This document shows positions 36,041 through 51,984 of a DNA stretch of 64,000 nt, in pieces. How positions within the stretch are numbered: position 1 is the first letter of the stretch; each line of letters begins with the position of its first letter. The notes beneath the pieces were generated by a model. That model made no database searches and had not been told where the DNA came from. It saw only the letters and a list, made by a program, of their open reading frames with translations. The stretch comes from Octopus vulgaris (taxonomy: Eukaryota). The translations under genes were made by a program, and so were the position numbers. Location of the stretch: assembly GCA_951406725.2 (NCBI GenBank), contig OX597823.1, positions 82,832,001-82,896,000 of the forward strand, given 5' to 3'.

Positions 36041-36556
36041 CGAATTTCCCTCCCTTGAATTGCCTGTATGATTTTCCTTTTGTTTTTGTTGTAGTAAAAT
36101 TAGTAAAAGTGCTAGGAAATTCAGAAATGCTTTGTTCAGCCTTTCTCAGAGCTATTTTACAATTTTTATTTTGTGCAAAGGAAAAATCATTAGAACACCG
36201 GAAAATTGGTTCTGAGTTCAAATAGCGCTAAAGTCAACTTTATCCCTCAAATCTAGTTTTAATAATGACGCATTTGGCCATTAATTTATCTAACAAACAA
36301 ATCTTTTAAAATCGTCATAAAAAGAGGTAGTTCTTCTTATTTGAGGTACATTACAGCGACTAGCATATTTTCCGACTGAACTTACGTTGAAGTATTCAGA
36401 ATAAATTTGTAAAATATTCATTTTATCTCGCTGCACACGGAGCAAATTACGATTTTATATCGATAGACAGATATAAGCACAGATCAGCAAACATCATCAT
36501 TGCTGGAAGTATAAACAAATACCAGTTACTCAGTCAGACCCAAAGATGAAGAGTAC

Positions 36557-36602
36557 TTCTGACTGATGAGGCCCAGTATGTCGAAAAACCGGTGTCCTAG
36601 AA
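36557..36602 (+). ncRNA. Minimal hammerhead ribozyme-like motif
   Basis: ttctga-CTGATGA-GGC-ccagtat-GTC-GAAA-aACCGGT-GTC-ctagaa. Canonical core, palindromic stem III, GUC triplet. Sister motif at 56062-56106. Confidence 0.6.
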
Positions 36603-38048
36603 TCCTCTGTTTCTCTGAGTCGAGTGTGTTGAACACACTCTCGTCACAGAAGTAATTTTTTTCTCCTTTGACGTATCCTACAGCAACCAGAATACTTTGC
36701 TAAACCTAATATTCGTTCAAAATCTTTTAATTTTATTTAAGCGAGAATTAATAACTGTCTCTAAAGTTGTTACTATATTTTATATTATACATTATTATTA
36801 TATTTCACCTTTCTTTTTCAAGTCGGGTGCGTGTGTATATGCGTATAATTGTGAACAGAGAGGCAGATAAGAACTGCTTGAATATGCACACGAAAGCGTA
36901 TTTGAAATTGTACTACCGTTCGCAGATGGATAAATATATAGTTAGACGTATGGATATATTTATTCGTGTATAGTTATAGGAAAATAAAAACAAAGTTATA
37001 CATATGCTTCTAACTCTATGTGAACATATGTATATACGTACGAGTACGTATATATACATACAGTTACTTTCTTTAATCAGGATCCTGACAGCTCTCCTCA
37101 CTGCTGCTACCTAAGCCATTTATCATTGTTAACTTTAAATTTTCCTTGATTTATGGTGACTTACAGAGTTGACCTTCTCTTCTCTAGACATCACGACTAA
37201 AGTATTCCTCTTTTTTCATTCTGTCTTTATATCACCTATAAAATGAAAATAATATCTTTCATTTTCTGAATCTCTCTAAAAAAGATTTTTCTCTTGGGTT
37301 TATACATAACACTGTCAAACAACTGACGTTAGTAAATAACAGTAGATTAGGCTACCATTTAGTTTTGGAAATCTGGCGTTTCAATGTTCATACGTAATCG
37401 TCCACATAACGATTATCACATAACGTGATTCGCGAGTGAAACACGTGTAAAGCAACATGCAAATCATGATGTTACAATTAGAATTAGAGAAAAGCTTTAA
37501 CTGTCATGTTCCATTCTACTTTCCGATATACAACATGTAAATTATTCAAATGTATATAATACCAAGAGAAAACTGGAGACCAAATATTGCGTAACACACG
37601 ACTGGAATTTGGATACAAAATGATTTACAAGGCGCTCTAAACATTCGTTTATTATTATGCTATTTCTTCAAAATCGCAATTCTTCAAGAAATATATATGC
37701 GTGCGCGCGCGTATGTGTGTAAATAAAACGGTGCGTTATTGTGGCTATGAGTTGTTTTTGACTCCTATTTCTAGCAATATTGGTGCTGAATAGCGCCCTC
37801 CGTCGCTTTAGTGACGTATATATTTTTGTCATTCGGTTGAAAAAATTGCTAACAAGCCATTCTTATTTACATATATATATGTATATATATTCATATGTAT
37901 GTATATGCATAAATATACACACATACATACATATTTAAATATATATGAGCATTTCTCTATATGCAACTATATATATGTATTCTCATGCATGAGAATATAT
38001 ATATATAAAACATAAAAGCTACACATACATGCATACATACAAAAATAT

Positions 38049-38155
38049 CCTGTTGTTGATGTTGAAATTCCAATGAAGGAATTGGTTCTAGATTAGAAAG
38101 CGGTTCTTTCTCTATTGGCAAGAAATCTTGAAATAAACTGAATAATGACATACAT
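38049..38155. mobile_element. Dispersed repeat family H
   Basis: ttgaaattcca..tctag.ttagaaa.cgg.tctttctcta.tg..a.gaaatcttgaaataaactgaataat is also at 14068-14160 and, reverse, at 51170-51216. Confidence 0.7.
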
Positions 38156-38324
38156 ACATACATACATACATACATACATCCTATGGATTAAGCTGCAAAG
38201 ATGATTTGTTTATAGTGACTAAATGCATGTGCTGTACATAATCTCTCTCCTTCCATCAAACTAACATTGCCTAGATAGTTTCACGATGTGCCACTCGTCA
38301 GATGTCGAAGTGATGGCAAAGTAT

Positions 38325-38435
38325 CGTGAAATGAAGTCTTTTGGACAAGAACACAATACATCACCCGGTCCGGGAACCGAAACATCGATCTTGCAATCGA
38401 GAGTGCAACACCATAACCACTGGGTCACGTACCCT
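38325..38435 (-). mobile_element. SINE-C head/CORE fragment
   Basis: gtgaaatgaagtcttttggacaagaacacaa..cccggtccgggaaccgaaac..cataaccact. Confidence 0.65.
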
Positions 38436-38463
38436 CATTCATACAGGGATACATATATATGCT

Positions 38464-38507
<44 letters not shown>

Positions 38508-40097
38508 TTTGTAAGTACAATTGAATATGAGTGTTCGTGCATATGTATGTATGCATGCATGTATGTATGTATGTATGTATGTATGTATGTATGTATGTAT
38601 GTATGTATGTATGTACAAGAATACTTTGATTACTGTAGGTTACGCATGCCACAACTGCAGTGCTATTTTCGAATATATAAATACATGTAATAATCCCAGA
38701 TGATGTCTAAACTTTGAAAAAAACCACTAAATTTTTAATTTTCTGTTACACCTTACGGAAAAGTGCGTTTGAAAATCGATACAAACAATGAAGGAAACAA
38801 ACGAATTGGTCTCAGTTCCATGTTTTACTCGTTTATTGACTTATATCAGCGTATTATAAAACAAATGGTTATATTGTTTTGTTTTAAACACAGTAAAAGG
38901 AATATTTCCTTTGATTTTCCTTTCATCTTCTCTTTGAGTGAGATATTATGGCTGCTGCCAGAATTCTCAGTTTTTCTTCTGACCTTCATAGCTCTCACTT
39001 TATTCGTTTTATATATTCAGATATGCATGTAATTGCTTTGTCCTTTCCATCTTCGAAAATTTATTTCGAATAGAATCATATTCTTTGAGGATTAGTTTTC
39101 GAGTGAATCAACTGCATATTTTTCCTCATGCTGATCATCCTCGTCATACGCCCATTGCTGCTTTAAATTTTACCCCATACTTTGTTTCAGTTATTAGAGT
39201 GTGGCCATGCTGGAGCAGCGTCTTAACGTATTCCAGTTGAACAAATCGACGCCAGTGCTTATCTTTTTTCAAGTCTAGTATTTATTCCATTTGTCATTTT
39301 TGCCGAATATTTAAGATGTTACGACGTACAACATAGAGAATATTCCCCTTCTTCAATTGTCCCTGTTTCGTCTACTCCACGTTCCGAAGGTAAGGACAAG
39401 ATGTGACTTCGTTGAAACAGCCCTTCCCGAAGATTAAATAAAAATTAATATTTTTTGCGGAGGGTGAAAGTGATAACAAGAACAGGACAGTGAGAACAAA
39501 ACAGTAAAAACAAACGGTGAGGGCTGTTAAGTCAAGACGATAGAGAAATTATTATAAACGCTAGGAAGACGAGCTTATGAAGGAGACAGTATAAGCACAT
39601 TCTTTACGAAGGTAGTGCTCAGAAAGATAGATTGTCTTTCATCACGTGTCTGCGACGAGAGATTCGAGGAGGAGGAGTGAGAGAGAGGGAACGGTGAAGA
39701 GGAGAGGAGAAGAATAGGGAAGGGTGGGAGAGAAAACCAGAAATGGTGAAGAACAAGAGAGGGAGAGAGATAGACAGAGAAGAGATAGTAAAGATAGAAT
39801 AGTGCGCATCGTAATTATTAAGATAACACTTATTTGGAAAACGATCATATAATAATATATATAATATATAAACACATGCATATATATACATACATTTATG
39901 TACATACTTATATATATATGTATATATACATGCATATATGGGTACAGGACATCAAAAAAACGTTGAACACAATGAGAAACGAAAACATAAAAACAAACTT
40001 TTTCCAACAGCGAAAGAACAAATATCAAAGACTTGAGAATGGATTTGCTACTTTGAAACTGAAACTAGCTTGTTGTATATATATATATATATATATA

Positions 40098-40183
<86 letters not shown>

Positions 40184-40273
40184 CGTAAGGATGAAAAGGA
40201 ACACACGAGTTGATATATATGGAAAAAAAAATGTCAAGATAGAAAGTGCTAAAATAATTTTATAAAAACATTT

Positions 40274-40309
40274 CAGTACCGGTTTCAGTCATTGTGACTT
40301 TTTCAACGG
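40274..40309 (-). ncRNA. Hammerhead-shaped motif with variant core
   Basis: Reverse: ccg-TTGAAAA-AGTCA-caa-TGACT-GAAA-CCGGTA-ctg. 5-bp stem II, palindromic ACCGGT stem III, GUA triplet. Confidence 0.4.
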
Positions 40310-40446
40310 TAACAATTAAACAATTAAATTTATAAAAATTAAAAGAAAAGTTTTTCTTTTTAAAGAATATTTGTATAGTGTTCAATTACAAGTGTCATTT
40401 TCTTTGTTTCTGCCTGTCTCTGTCTCTCTTGTTTACTCTTGTATAC

Positions 40447-40510
<64 letters not shown>

Positions 40511-40511
40511 G

Positions 40512-40578
<67 letters not shown>

Positions 40579-41305
40579 CGTTTTTGTACCTGGTTTGGAA
40601 GTTTCTTTCTGTGAACTCGTGTGTTGAAGCAAATTATGTTGTGTCTGGGGAGAGTTATATTGTCTTAATGCCTTGTTATCTAACTATCTAACACACTCAC
40701 CGGTTCGATTTCCACTCATTTATTATTCATATTTTTCTTCCAAAACTTTCGTTGCCTTTTTCAACCTTATCAATAGCTGTTGACTCTATAATTGGAGTTG
40801 CTTTCTTTTTCTCTGTTCGTGTGCGTGTGTGCTTCTGTATACATGTATGAATAGATGTATGTGTTATTTGCATATATGTAAGTATGTGTGTGTGTATGTA
40901 TGTAGTCTGCATGTCCATGTTTGTGTGTGTTTATGTATTTGTATGTATGTGTATGTGTGTATACCTCTGTCTCCTCGTGTGTGCATGTTCGAGTGTCTAT
41001 GTATATGGGTTTGTGTGACTATGTACGTGCTTTTGTTATGTATGGAAGTGTCTCCTTATGTGTCTTTGTGTGTATGCGTGTGTGTGGAGTGTATTTGTGT
41101 GTATGTGTGTGTGTGTATATGGTCTTGCATTTCCATCACCTTTTGTGTGTGTGTATGTCTGCGCGTGCTTGCCTGTCCACTTTACTTATGTATGCATCTA
41201 TTATCTACTTACCAATGTATCTATCTGTTTACTTGCATATCTATTTTCCTACCTACCTACCTACCTACCTACCTACCTACATACATACATACATACATAC
41301 ATACA

Positions 41306-41535
<230 letters not shown>

Positions 41536-41637
41536 AATCTTTTGCGTAGTGAAATAAAAAACCAAGGCAGTGTGAGATATGTAGGGATATTGAATTTGTA
41601 GATCCATTTTTAGGCAGAATGGTATATATGTAAGATT

Positions 41638-42428
41638 CAGGAGTGGCTGTGTGGTAAGTAGCTTTCTTACGAACCACATGGTTCCAGGTTCAGTCTCACC
41701 GCTTGGCACCTTGTCGAGTTCTAGATTATCTTTTCTACTTCGGCTGGTTATACTCGAGATTGCTCCAATCTGGCCAGCCCCAAGGAAAAAATAAGCTTAG
41801 AGCTTACATTCCTTGGAAGAAAGCAGCGAATGTATACGAAAACAAGGACGGAAAAAGACAGAGAAATGTTACGCAAATATAAATAACAGGATATAACAAC
41901 AGGTGTCTTTCGACTTAGGACGAATTAGATTAAGCTGGCGTGTGTGAAAGTAAAGCCTCACGGCAGGGACATAAGTTTTAACAAGCACAGGAAGGAATAT
42001 AGGTGCTGCACGGACAGTAGTTCAAACAAGAAAGAAAGGTCAGGCCTGGCCGAACAACGGTCACCTGAGGAGAGAAGAGAAAGAAGTAGAAGCAGAGGGA
42101 TAGAAGAATTAAGGTGTGGTGAGAGAAAATTAAAGAGACACAGTGAAGTGAAAGAGGGAAAGTGAGCATGAAGAGAAGGTCAGGAAATGTGAGAGAGGGG
42201 GAACGAAAGAACGAAGAGTGGAAGGAACGAAATGTGAAAGGGCTGCTAGAAAGAAGGAACGAATGAAAGAATACAAAGAAAAATAGAGACGTACAAAATT
42301 TAGATATATATATACTTACATATAAGAGACCAAAGTGTACGTACGCCTCTATATTTTATGTATAAAAAATACAAAAATGGGACAAGAACGCAAAACATCC
42401 AGACAGTTAGGTGAAACAAAAATGGGAC

Positions 42429-42470
<42 letters not shown>

Positions 42471-42710
42471 ATGTGTGTGTGTATGTGTGTGTGTGTATTT
42501 TCGTGTCTTTGTATCTGTGTTTGTCCCCCCATCTTAACTTGACAACCCATGTTAATGTGCCTACGTCTCCGTAACTTAGCGGTTCGGCAAAGAGAATATG
42601 TACCAAACTGAAAAAAAAATACATACTAGTGTTAAATATGGCCACCTGAAGCCCTAAATGGCATTGCGCCAGAATGAACACAGATTGACGATTGAAACGA
42701 GTAAAAGATA
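41638..42710 (+). mobile_element. SINE-A head (41638-41715) and tail (42500-42710) flanking a family F insertion (41725-42300)
   Basis: caggagtggctgtgtggtaagtagc..ggcaccttg; tail cgtaacttagcggttcggcaaa. Confidence 0.7.
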
Positions 42711-43455
42711 AACTATGTAGCAGCTACACAAGCATATGGATAAGCCTACAAATCTAACGTTATCAATTCCAGTTAAAAGTCCTTTACTCCTCTATCAGTT
42801 TCTTTATTCTTATTTTCGTGTGCTACGGTCTACTGGAACTCGGTAAAGACACCGTGCACTGCATTAAATGAGGTCTATATATAAGGTTTCCCAATTGTAA
42901 TACAAAAGTACACACTACTTAAGCATCGAGAACACTAATGATGGAACAGGCATTAATTGGGTTATTTTTCTGAGTACACACACAAACACACACACACACA
43001 CGCACACACGCACGCATATACATGTTTACATATATATATATATATATATATTGTCCTGTATCCCTTTTTTTTTTGCTTGTCCTGTTCCTTGGTTTGTGTC
43101 TATGTTTTTCGTCTCTCTATGTGTTCGACGTCTTTTTGGTGTCCTGTACACATATATGCGTGTATATGTACATGTAGAGGTAGGTACGTACATATATGTT
43201 TATATATATGCATATGTTCTATTTTATTAACATATATATATGTATTTATACACGCACATACAAACATACATACACATGCATATATATATATATATATATA
43301 TAGATACACAGATCTACATATATGTATATGTTTATATATGTGTGTGTGTGTGTGCGTATGTGTGTACATACACATATATGTATATGTGTGTGTGTATATA
43401 TATAAAATACAGAAATAAAGGAGAATCAGAGAGATAATTACGCATGTTTTTGAGT

Positions 43456-43493
<38 letters not shown>

Positions 43494-43661
43494 CTGTCAT
43501 TACATGTGACTGAATGCTTTTGCTATATTGGTTGTGATAGGATAAATTTAGATGTACTTTATCTTCCATCACAAGATGTTCAGAGGAGATAACTGCACAA
43601 ACAACGAGAAAGACAGAAACAAGCTTCTCACAGAGAAACAAAGAGAGAAGACACAGAGAGA

Positions 43662-43711
<50 letters not shown>

Positions 43712-44843
43712 TTGAGTGAGGTGGGGGGACACTTTACAGTGTAACAAAGACACACCACAAACATACATATATAGATATACAAATAAAACACTTTATTCGT
43801 AGGCTGCTGTCACACAACATACGTATGTACACCATAACAATGAACTACATCAAAATTAACAGAGGAAGAGAAATAGAAAAGATAGGAAACATAAATCAAT
43901 AAATGTTTGCTGTAATTATGATTCTCAACCCCCCATCACACGTACATGTCACAGTCTCTTCACTTCTATACGATATGACTCATATATTCAACAGAAAGTA
44001 GGGTAAGGGCACCGTTGATATCCCACCATTTCTCACTAGCTATATGTTTACGATAGCTATACATACACATTTTATACTTTAGCTTTCCTATCTTAGCTGT
44101 ATTCATTAGCTCCAGCAAGCGCTTTGGCATTCCCAATTCACCGACACACAAACACACCATCAAACTATTTTACCTCTCATTTTATCAGTTATTTCTTTAT
44201 TTTTTTTCTCTTTCTGTACTTTAGTGCCCACCTCTGCTTCTACTTCTGTGATGATACTTTGGCAATTCTGACTCAGAAGTAATGCTTGCTGTCAATAAAG
44301 CAACAAGTCAACAAAGCAACAAAGCAACCAAAGGACAAGTCAGGCAATTTAACAAAGCAATAAATTCGAGGTGAGGAGGTCAACAGAGAGATAAAGCTTT
44401 CTTCCCAATTCTTTAGTTTACTGACGAGATTTCTATTTATCTTTTTCGCTCCTTCATCATTTACTTGTTTCAGTTATTCGACTGCGGTCACACTGGAGCA
44501 CGGTCTTGAATGATTTTAGTCGTAAAAATCGACACTAATACTTATGCTTTATTTAACTCGCGTACTTGTTTTCTATGTTCTTTGTATTTTTTCCTTCGAG
44601 TCGCAGTTGTTTTCTTTATGGGAACGTAATTAAATTAACACCGGTTGTCAAGTAGTGTTAGGGATGCACACGAACATACACACACACACACACACACAGA
44701 CACACACACAAACACACACACATAACGCAACATAACACAACACACAAACACACAATCACGCACATACACACGCACACATACATAGAAGGATATATATATA
44801 TGCATACATAGAAAGATATATATAATATATATATTATATATAT

Positions 44844-45336
<493 letters not shown>

Positions 45337-45342
45337 ATAAGA

Positions 45343-45383
<41 letters not shown>

Positions 45384-45413
45384 GAGAGGAGAGAGAGAGG
45401 AGAGAGAGAGAGG

Positions 45414-45480
<67 letters not shown>

Positions 45481-45845
45481 ACATGAATATATATATATAT
45501 ATACCAAATTCATTCTCAAGGCATTTGTCGGTCCTGAATATAGTAGAAGATATTTACCAACGTATCTCCCAGTGGCACTGTAACCGAAACTAGGCGGTTA
45601 CAAAACGAGGTATATGCTTGTATAACATATTCTCACGAATAAGAGAACCTGTACAGTGCAAGAAAAAGCAGTACTTTTTGGTTATCTCGCTCCCTTTAAA
45701 AAATATTATTTTCCCAATAAAATTTTGAGTTTATGTGGCGACAAGAGATTGATTTAAAAGGATTAGATCCTTTTGATTCAATATTTCAACACAGTTTACT
45801 GTAAGCCTCCTATATAGGAATGGTATGATTTGTCATAAAAATGAT

Positions 45846-45919
<74 letters not shown>

Positions 45920-46117
45920 CATATATTTATATATGCATACACACACATATACATGCATACATATATCTACGCGCATACATATAAATATATATTCGTTCGC
46001 TTGAAAGTTTATAACTTATTATGAAGTCAAGAATATGTGAGTGTATGTGTGTGTGTATAAATGTACATATATACGTACATATATATATGTGTGTGCATAC
46101 ACACACACACACACGCA

Positions 46118-46153
<36 letters not shown>

Positions 46154-46951
46154 GACATACACATATGCACACGCACGCACAAGCACACACACACACACAC
46201 ACACACACACAATGAGCAACATCATTTAGGTTTTAGCTTATCGCTTTAACAGAAAGGGAAGTACCTTGACGGTTCGGACATTCATCCTTCATCCGAAAAG
46301 AAAACATAGGTATGAAACATAGAGGAATGATAAACAGAGATCATTAATGAAAGCGAAACAAACAGGTGACCGGTTAGAAATCAGTTGTTATGGAACATAG
46401 CAATAGAGATGGAAAGGGGTAAAGAAGGAGGAAAGCATTATGTGTTCATGTGCATTACGTATCTTTACCTGGAAACAGGCGTAAAGGAATAGTTGTGTGT
46501 GTTCAACGTACATTGACACACATATACGTACTTAAACATATACATACATATATGGCTATAGATGATGGTGAATAAATCTAAGATACTAAAAAGACAAAAC
46601 ACACATCATAATAAGAAAAAAAACATGCGTCAATTTGTTTCTGAGTGATGGCGTTATCGATTACAGAAAATAAGCTCTGAACAATTCAAACTATGAACAC
46701 AGTGTTTATAGATAATTTATCAATATTATGTTTTCTGCTGTCAAACGAGAATCACAGACAATGTAACAGTTCTCATACACTGGCGGATCGGTAGCACCAA
46801 CAACATTTAAGATCAACGTCAAAATTTTGCAATCTAACAACGAGTAAAAATGTAGTTTGACATACTGGATTTAGCAGTCAAATCATCTTGAGATCACTGC
46901 TTACCACCTTAAAAGTTCATAGGCACTCTCAGTAACATGATGGGCTGTAAA

Positions 46952-47087
46952 CTGGGCCGGATTATGACCCATAAATGCCCTAAGGACTTAAGATAACTTG
47001 GTGCCCCCTCTCTCTCTCTCTCTCTCTATGGTGGCAAAGAAAAATTTCTATTGAATTTTTAGTGGTTTTATCGCTACCCTATATTGA

Positions 47088-47151
<64 letters not shown>

Positions 47152-47664
47152 CTTCATCACCTTGACCGACCAGTTCGTCGGGCGTCCGTCTGACACCGCT
47201 GGTCACAGCATGCTGTCCACACCTCTCTGAATGGCGCCTTCTTCATCCACGTGGTCCCAATCGCCCTCCAAAAATCGTAACTCCACCGTCCTGGAGTTAC
47301 GATATATTATGATGAGCTCCCTGAAGATATATATGTATATAATTCAAAATATAAACAATAATAATTCATAACATAAATTTTATCTTTTTAAAGTGAAACA
47401 AAACAAACAATAAGATGGAAAATAATGTTTATTTTTGTATGCTTCCACATTATATTTGAAGTTTTCCCCTACTTTTTTTAATTGCAAAGTCTTTGATCAG
47501 ACTCTTCGAACTTATATTTCCAATCATAGAAACTTCTAATATTATTTTAGCAAGTTTAGAGTGATTTCATTTGTGGCGTAAACCATTTACCCTTTCTGTA
47601 GTACCCACCGTCCATTGATGTCCTAGGCCCGTGCTTATTTTACTTAATGGTTGATCCAGCGCTG
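46952..47664. mobile_element. hAT-type non-autonomous element/MITE with 8-bp TSD
   Basis: GCTGTAAA at 46944-46951 and 47665-47672. Imperfect TIRs ctgggccggatta / tgatccagcgctg. A probable RTE-like 3' tail is nested at 47149-47330. Confidence 0.75.
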
Positions 47665-47804
47665 GCTGTAAATCATTCTCGAAAAGCGTAAGGAAAGTCC
47701 ATATCTCGAATGTCTTTGATGAATAAATCGGTAGGGTCAAGCAAACAATAACAATTTTAGTAAAGTATGTGTGTGTGTATATGTATATATATACATACAT
47801 ATAT

Positions 47805-47968
47805 ACAACAGGCTTTCTTTCAGTTTCCATCTACTGAATCCACTCACAAAGCTTTGGTTTGCCCAGAGCTATAGTAGAAGGCACTTGCCCAGTGTGCCAC
47901 GCAGTGGGAGTGAACCCGGAACCATGTGATTGGAAAGCAAACTTCTTATCACACAGCCGGTCCTGCGC
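47805..47968 (-). mobile_element. SINE-A head fragment
   Basis: ctttcagtttccatctactgaatccactcacaaagc..gaacccggaaccatgtg. Confidence 0.85.
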
Positions 47969-48213
47969 ATAAAAATATATAATTAGGATTCCGTTGAATT
48001 AGGTCCCTAAATTGAGGTACCTTGCTAGGACGGTATAATCCGCACATCGAAACAATATTAATTGAATATTGAATATCCAGACACCGTGCAGAGGTGTTTG
48101 AACCTGATATTCCTGCTGTATCAAGGAATTCTTTTCGATATTCCAATATCATTCATAAAATAATCCTTCTTTTATTTTATTTTATTTTATTTTATTCTAT
48201 ATCCTTATTTATA

Positions 48214-48394
48214 CAGTAATTCCTCGCCATAAAGCGGTTCACCGATCGCGGTTTATTATTAAAACATACGTCGATTCCTCCGTGGTGTTGTTTTGCATTT
48301 ATAATAAAATGTATGTATACAAATTATAAAAATAAAATAAAACTACTGTACTTTACGGATTCTCACCTGTCGCGGGGTGTTCGAGGGATTACCG
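48214..48394. mobile_element. Tigger/pogo-type MITE with TA TSD
   Basis: TA|cagtaattcctcg ... cgagggattaccg|TA; 13-bp imperfect TIRs. Confidence 0.7.
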
Positions 48395-49814
48395 TATCTC
48401 TTTTACACCTTTTATATCATTCGCTAAACAAATCTTTTATAAAATTTTTATGAAATTTGTATATTATATATTATTAAATTTTTATCTATTTATATTCCTT
48501 CTTATACATTTGTGTAGCTTCTATAGCTTATAAAGGGTTTGGCAGTTTATAATTTCTTTCCATAAAACTCACTGTATAATATAATATAATTTTCATATTT
48601 ATAATTACACATTATATTTTATATATTAAATTTTTATATACTTGTATATCCTTTCATATACCTCCTTAGTATTTACAATCTATAAAAAATTTTGTGACAG
48701 TTTATAAGGCCCTTTTATATAATTTACTGGATATGGAAATTCTTATTCCATTATATCTTTTAATCATGCAATATATTCATTAAGTGTTTACACGCCCAAA
48801 TTACTTAAAGTATTGTATCCGAAAGTACTCCCTTATACATTTAGTATATCTCTGATTCAATTACCCCATATACTGGATAGCATCTTTCACGATATCTTAT
48901 ATTTATACATCCGTAATGAAGAGTATAGTTCTTATATTAGTTTAAAACATACTATGAATTTCTCTTCATATGATAATTTAATTCCGTTATGCATTCATTA
49001 TAGAAAAAGTTTAGAAAACGTCTTAATAGTTTTTCTTATATATTAAAGGATCCCATTATTAGGCTTTAAATTTAATTCTATCCTTCGATATATTTATTTA
49101 AATTTTCTCACTTTAATATTATAATTTTACTTGGTTATATTTTATTACCTCCCGCAGCTTTCAATTCTAAATTCGTCCACTAAAGTTTATGTTACTTATA
49201 CCTTTGGTTTTTCTTTATATTCCCCTTTAATAAAATAATCAAAATAAGTATTGGCTATCCCTATCTTACTTTCTTCCAATTATTACCCCTTCCCAATCAG
49301 ATTTTCCCTTACTACTAACCCTCTGACCTACTCTTTTGTATAGATAAAGTTGGTTATATGATTCCAGTATATTGAGAGCCTAGTAGATTTTCTGACGTTA
49401 ATTTAATTATCATCATTAATTACAATACAATTGGCAATGGATTTGATTCTAAATGGTTGAAAACTACTTTCTGCATAAAGTCTTCTAAATATAAGTAACA
49501 AGGTCACCAGTCTTTTTATGCAGACCCTTACTATTTCCTCTGCTACTCTCTAAATTATAGTAGACTTAACAAGATATGCATTATTTACTAAACTCATTCT
49601 GCCACAGATATGACAAAAGAAACGATTTAAATATTTTGAGTTCCATTATTTATGTGAATATATTAAGGAAATGGTCGTATAGTTTATGTTTGAAGTCTGT
49701 ACGGTCATCAGACGAGAACGGTTTCTTTTATATGATGTACTGTATTCATTAATCAATTAAAAGAGTCATTTGAAACGGCCGTAAGGAAATGACACCTATA
49801 TGCATTTGTTACTC

Positions 49815-49864
<50 letters not shown>

Positions 49865-50689
49865 AGATCGGACAGTGGATGGATCACATATTTGTGTGAT
49901 TATCTTGCTTTTATTTGACAATACTACGTACGGATGAAAGCCATCATTACAGCTCCATATATAAATGATATGTGCTCTCTGTGTTGTTCAAACTAGGTAA
50001 GACATGATAGAGCAATTTTACAGTCAAAGCTGTCACGGTCTTTATCATCCTGTCTCTTTTAAATGAGAGCCTGTATATGTCAATATATCCTTCTATATTT
50101 AAAACAGTAGCGTATGATTTCAGAGAGATTTAGTATGTATTATTATTATATAGTGCTTATTGTGCTGTTATTGTTGTTTGATGCTAATAACTCCTATCGC
50201 ATACATTTATCATCAAAGGCATTCCAGCCATGGCTTTTCCAAAGTTGTTTTTTCTTGTAAGATCAGTGATTACATATTCCGGTTGATCCTTTTTTTTAAA
50301 ATTTAAGATGGTTGGGTGCTTTGATGGTGTTTTGACTACTATTTCTGTTGTGTTACTAGTCACCGTATTGAATTCCAGATGTTTTAAGTGTATGTAAATG
50401 AAAAAATAAATGTAATAAATAATATATTCTGCAAAATATATTCTGCAAAAAAGGGCCAGTAGAATAACAGCTGGGGTCGATGTTTTCGAATAAACGCTTC
50501 AAGGTGGTGCCCCAGCATGGCATCAGCTCAATGACTGAAATAAGTAAAAGATAAAAAAAATATATATACATACATAAACCTACATTTACATGCGTTAGTA
50601 TATGTATATATATATATATGTGTGTGTGTATATATATTTGTATGTATGCCTGCATATATGTATATACACACACGTACACATGTATATAT

Positions 50690-50962
50690 ACACACATGCA
50701 ACACATACACACACACAACACACAACACATACACACTTACACACGCACAACACATACACACACAATACATACACACACAACACATACACACATACACACA
50801 ATACACACAACACATACGCAGACATACACAACACATACACACACAACACACACACAACACATACACACACATGCAGATACAATACACACACAACACATAC
50901 ACCCACAACACATACAAGACATACACATACAACGCATATACACACAACACATACGCACACAC
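50690..50962. repeat. CA-rich minisatellite (cacaacacatacaca)n
   Basis: Directly visible unit of about 13-17 nt. Confidence 0.85.
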
Positions 50963-51250
50963 AGATACAAGAGAAAGTGATAAAGCAACGCCAATTTTAC
51001 TTGCATTTCCTCGTGACCTTCGTATTTACAAGATTCAGTCAAAAAGTAATGGAAATATAAGTTGCATTACTATCTGACTCACCCACGTGTATGCACGCGC
51101 GCGCGCGTGTGTGAACGCGCGTCTGTGTGTGCGCGCGTCTGTGTGTACGCGCGTCTGTGTGTTTCTATGTGTCATTTTATAGTTTTATTTCAAGGTTTCT
51201 TGCCAATAGAAAAAGAGTATGTATGTACGTATGTATGCATGTATGTTTGT

Positions 51251-51334
<84 letters not shown>

Positions 51335-51984
51335 GTGTGCGTAAATGTTTAAATGTGTATGCATGAGTACATATGCACTGATAGTCGAAATGTTAGCGTT
51401 GACTCAGTACTGTTATCCTCTCCCTTTTTGCTATTTCCCAACACATTTTTCTTCTTTTTAGTCTTTTCTATTTATTATACACATTCCTCTTCATCATTAA
51501 TAATTCATGAACTTTACAATATTCATTTCACACCATTTACAGGAATTAAACAATCTATTGTCTAAACAGTGCAGTCCTCCTCCTAAGCGAAATTCATACT
51601 AGCTACCAGCACCTCTATTTTTAACACCAATCTTTGTCCGGTACACTCACCACCTTTCGCTTCTTTGGTTGTAGTATCACTACGCGACTAATAGATTCAC
51701 CCACCAGCAAATACCACAATAACCAGCAACAGCCAAAGCAGCAATGGTAACAAATATTAATGTTACCACCTTCGTTACTGCTCAGTCAGCGTGTCTCACC
51801 ATGCAGAACAGTACTACCCAAACGCATCACTATCGCCGCTGTAGCACGACTTCCCTCAATAATACCAACGTCATGAGACATCGAGGGAGCGTCTTTATAC
51901 TAGTACAGCCTGCTAGAAATAACAGCTAAATAATCCTTAGATAGCAGAAAATTATCTAACCCTAAGTTTTACACATAATATTCG

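Noticed and set aside
38070-38110. Hammerhead in family H (ATGAAGGA..GAAA.CGG)
   Set aside because: Box 1 and stem II are too degenerate in both copies to support by eye.
48400-49330. AT-skewed block, possibly an L1/Tx1-like LINE 3' relic
   Set aside because: I could not recover convincing motifs by manual translation.
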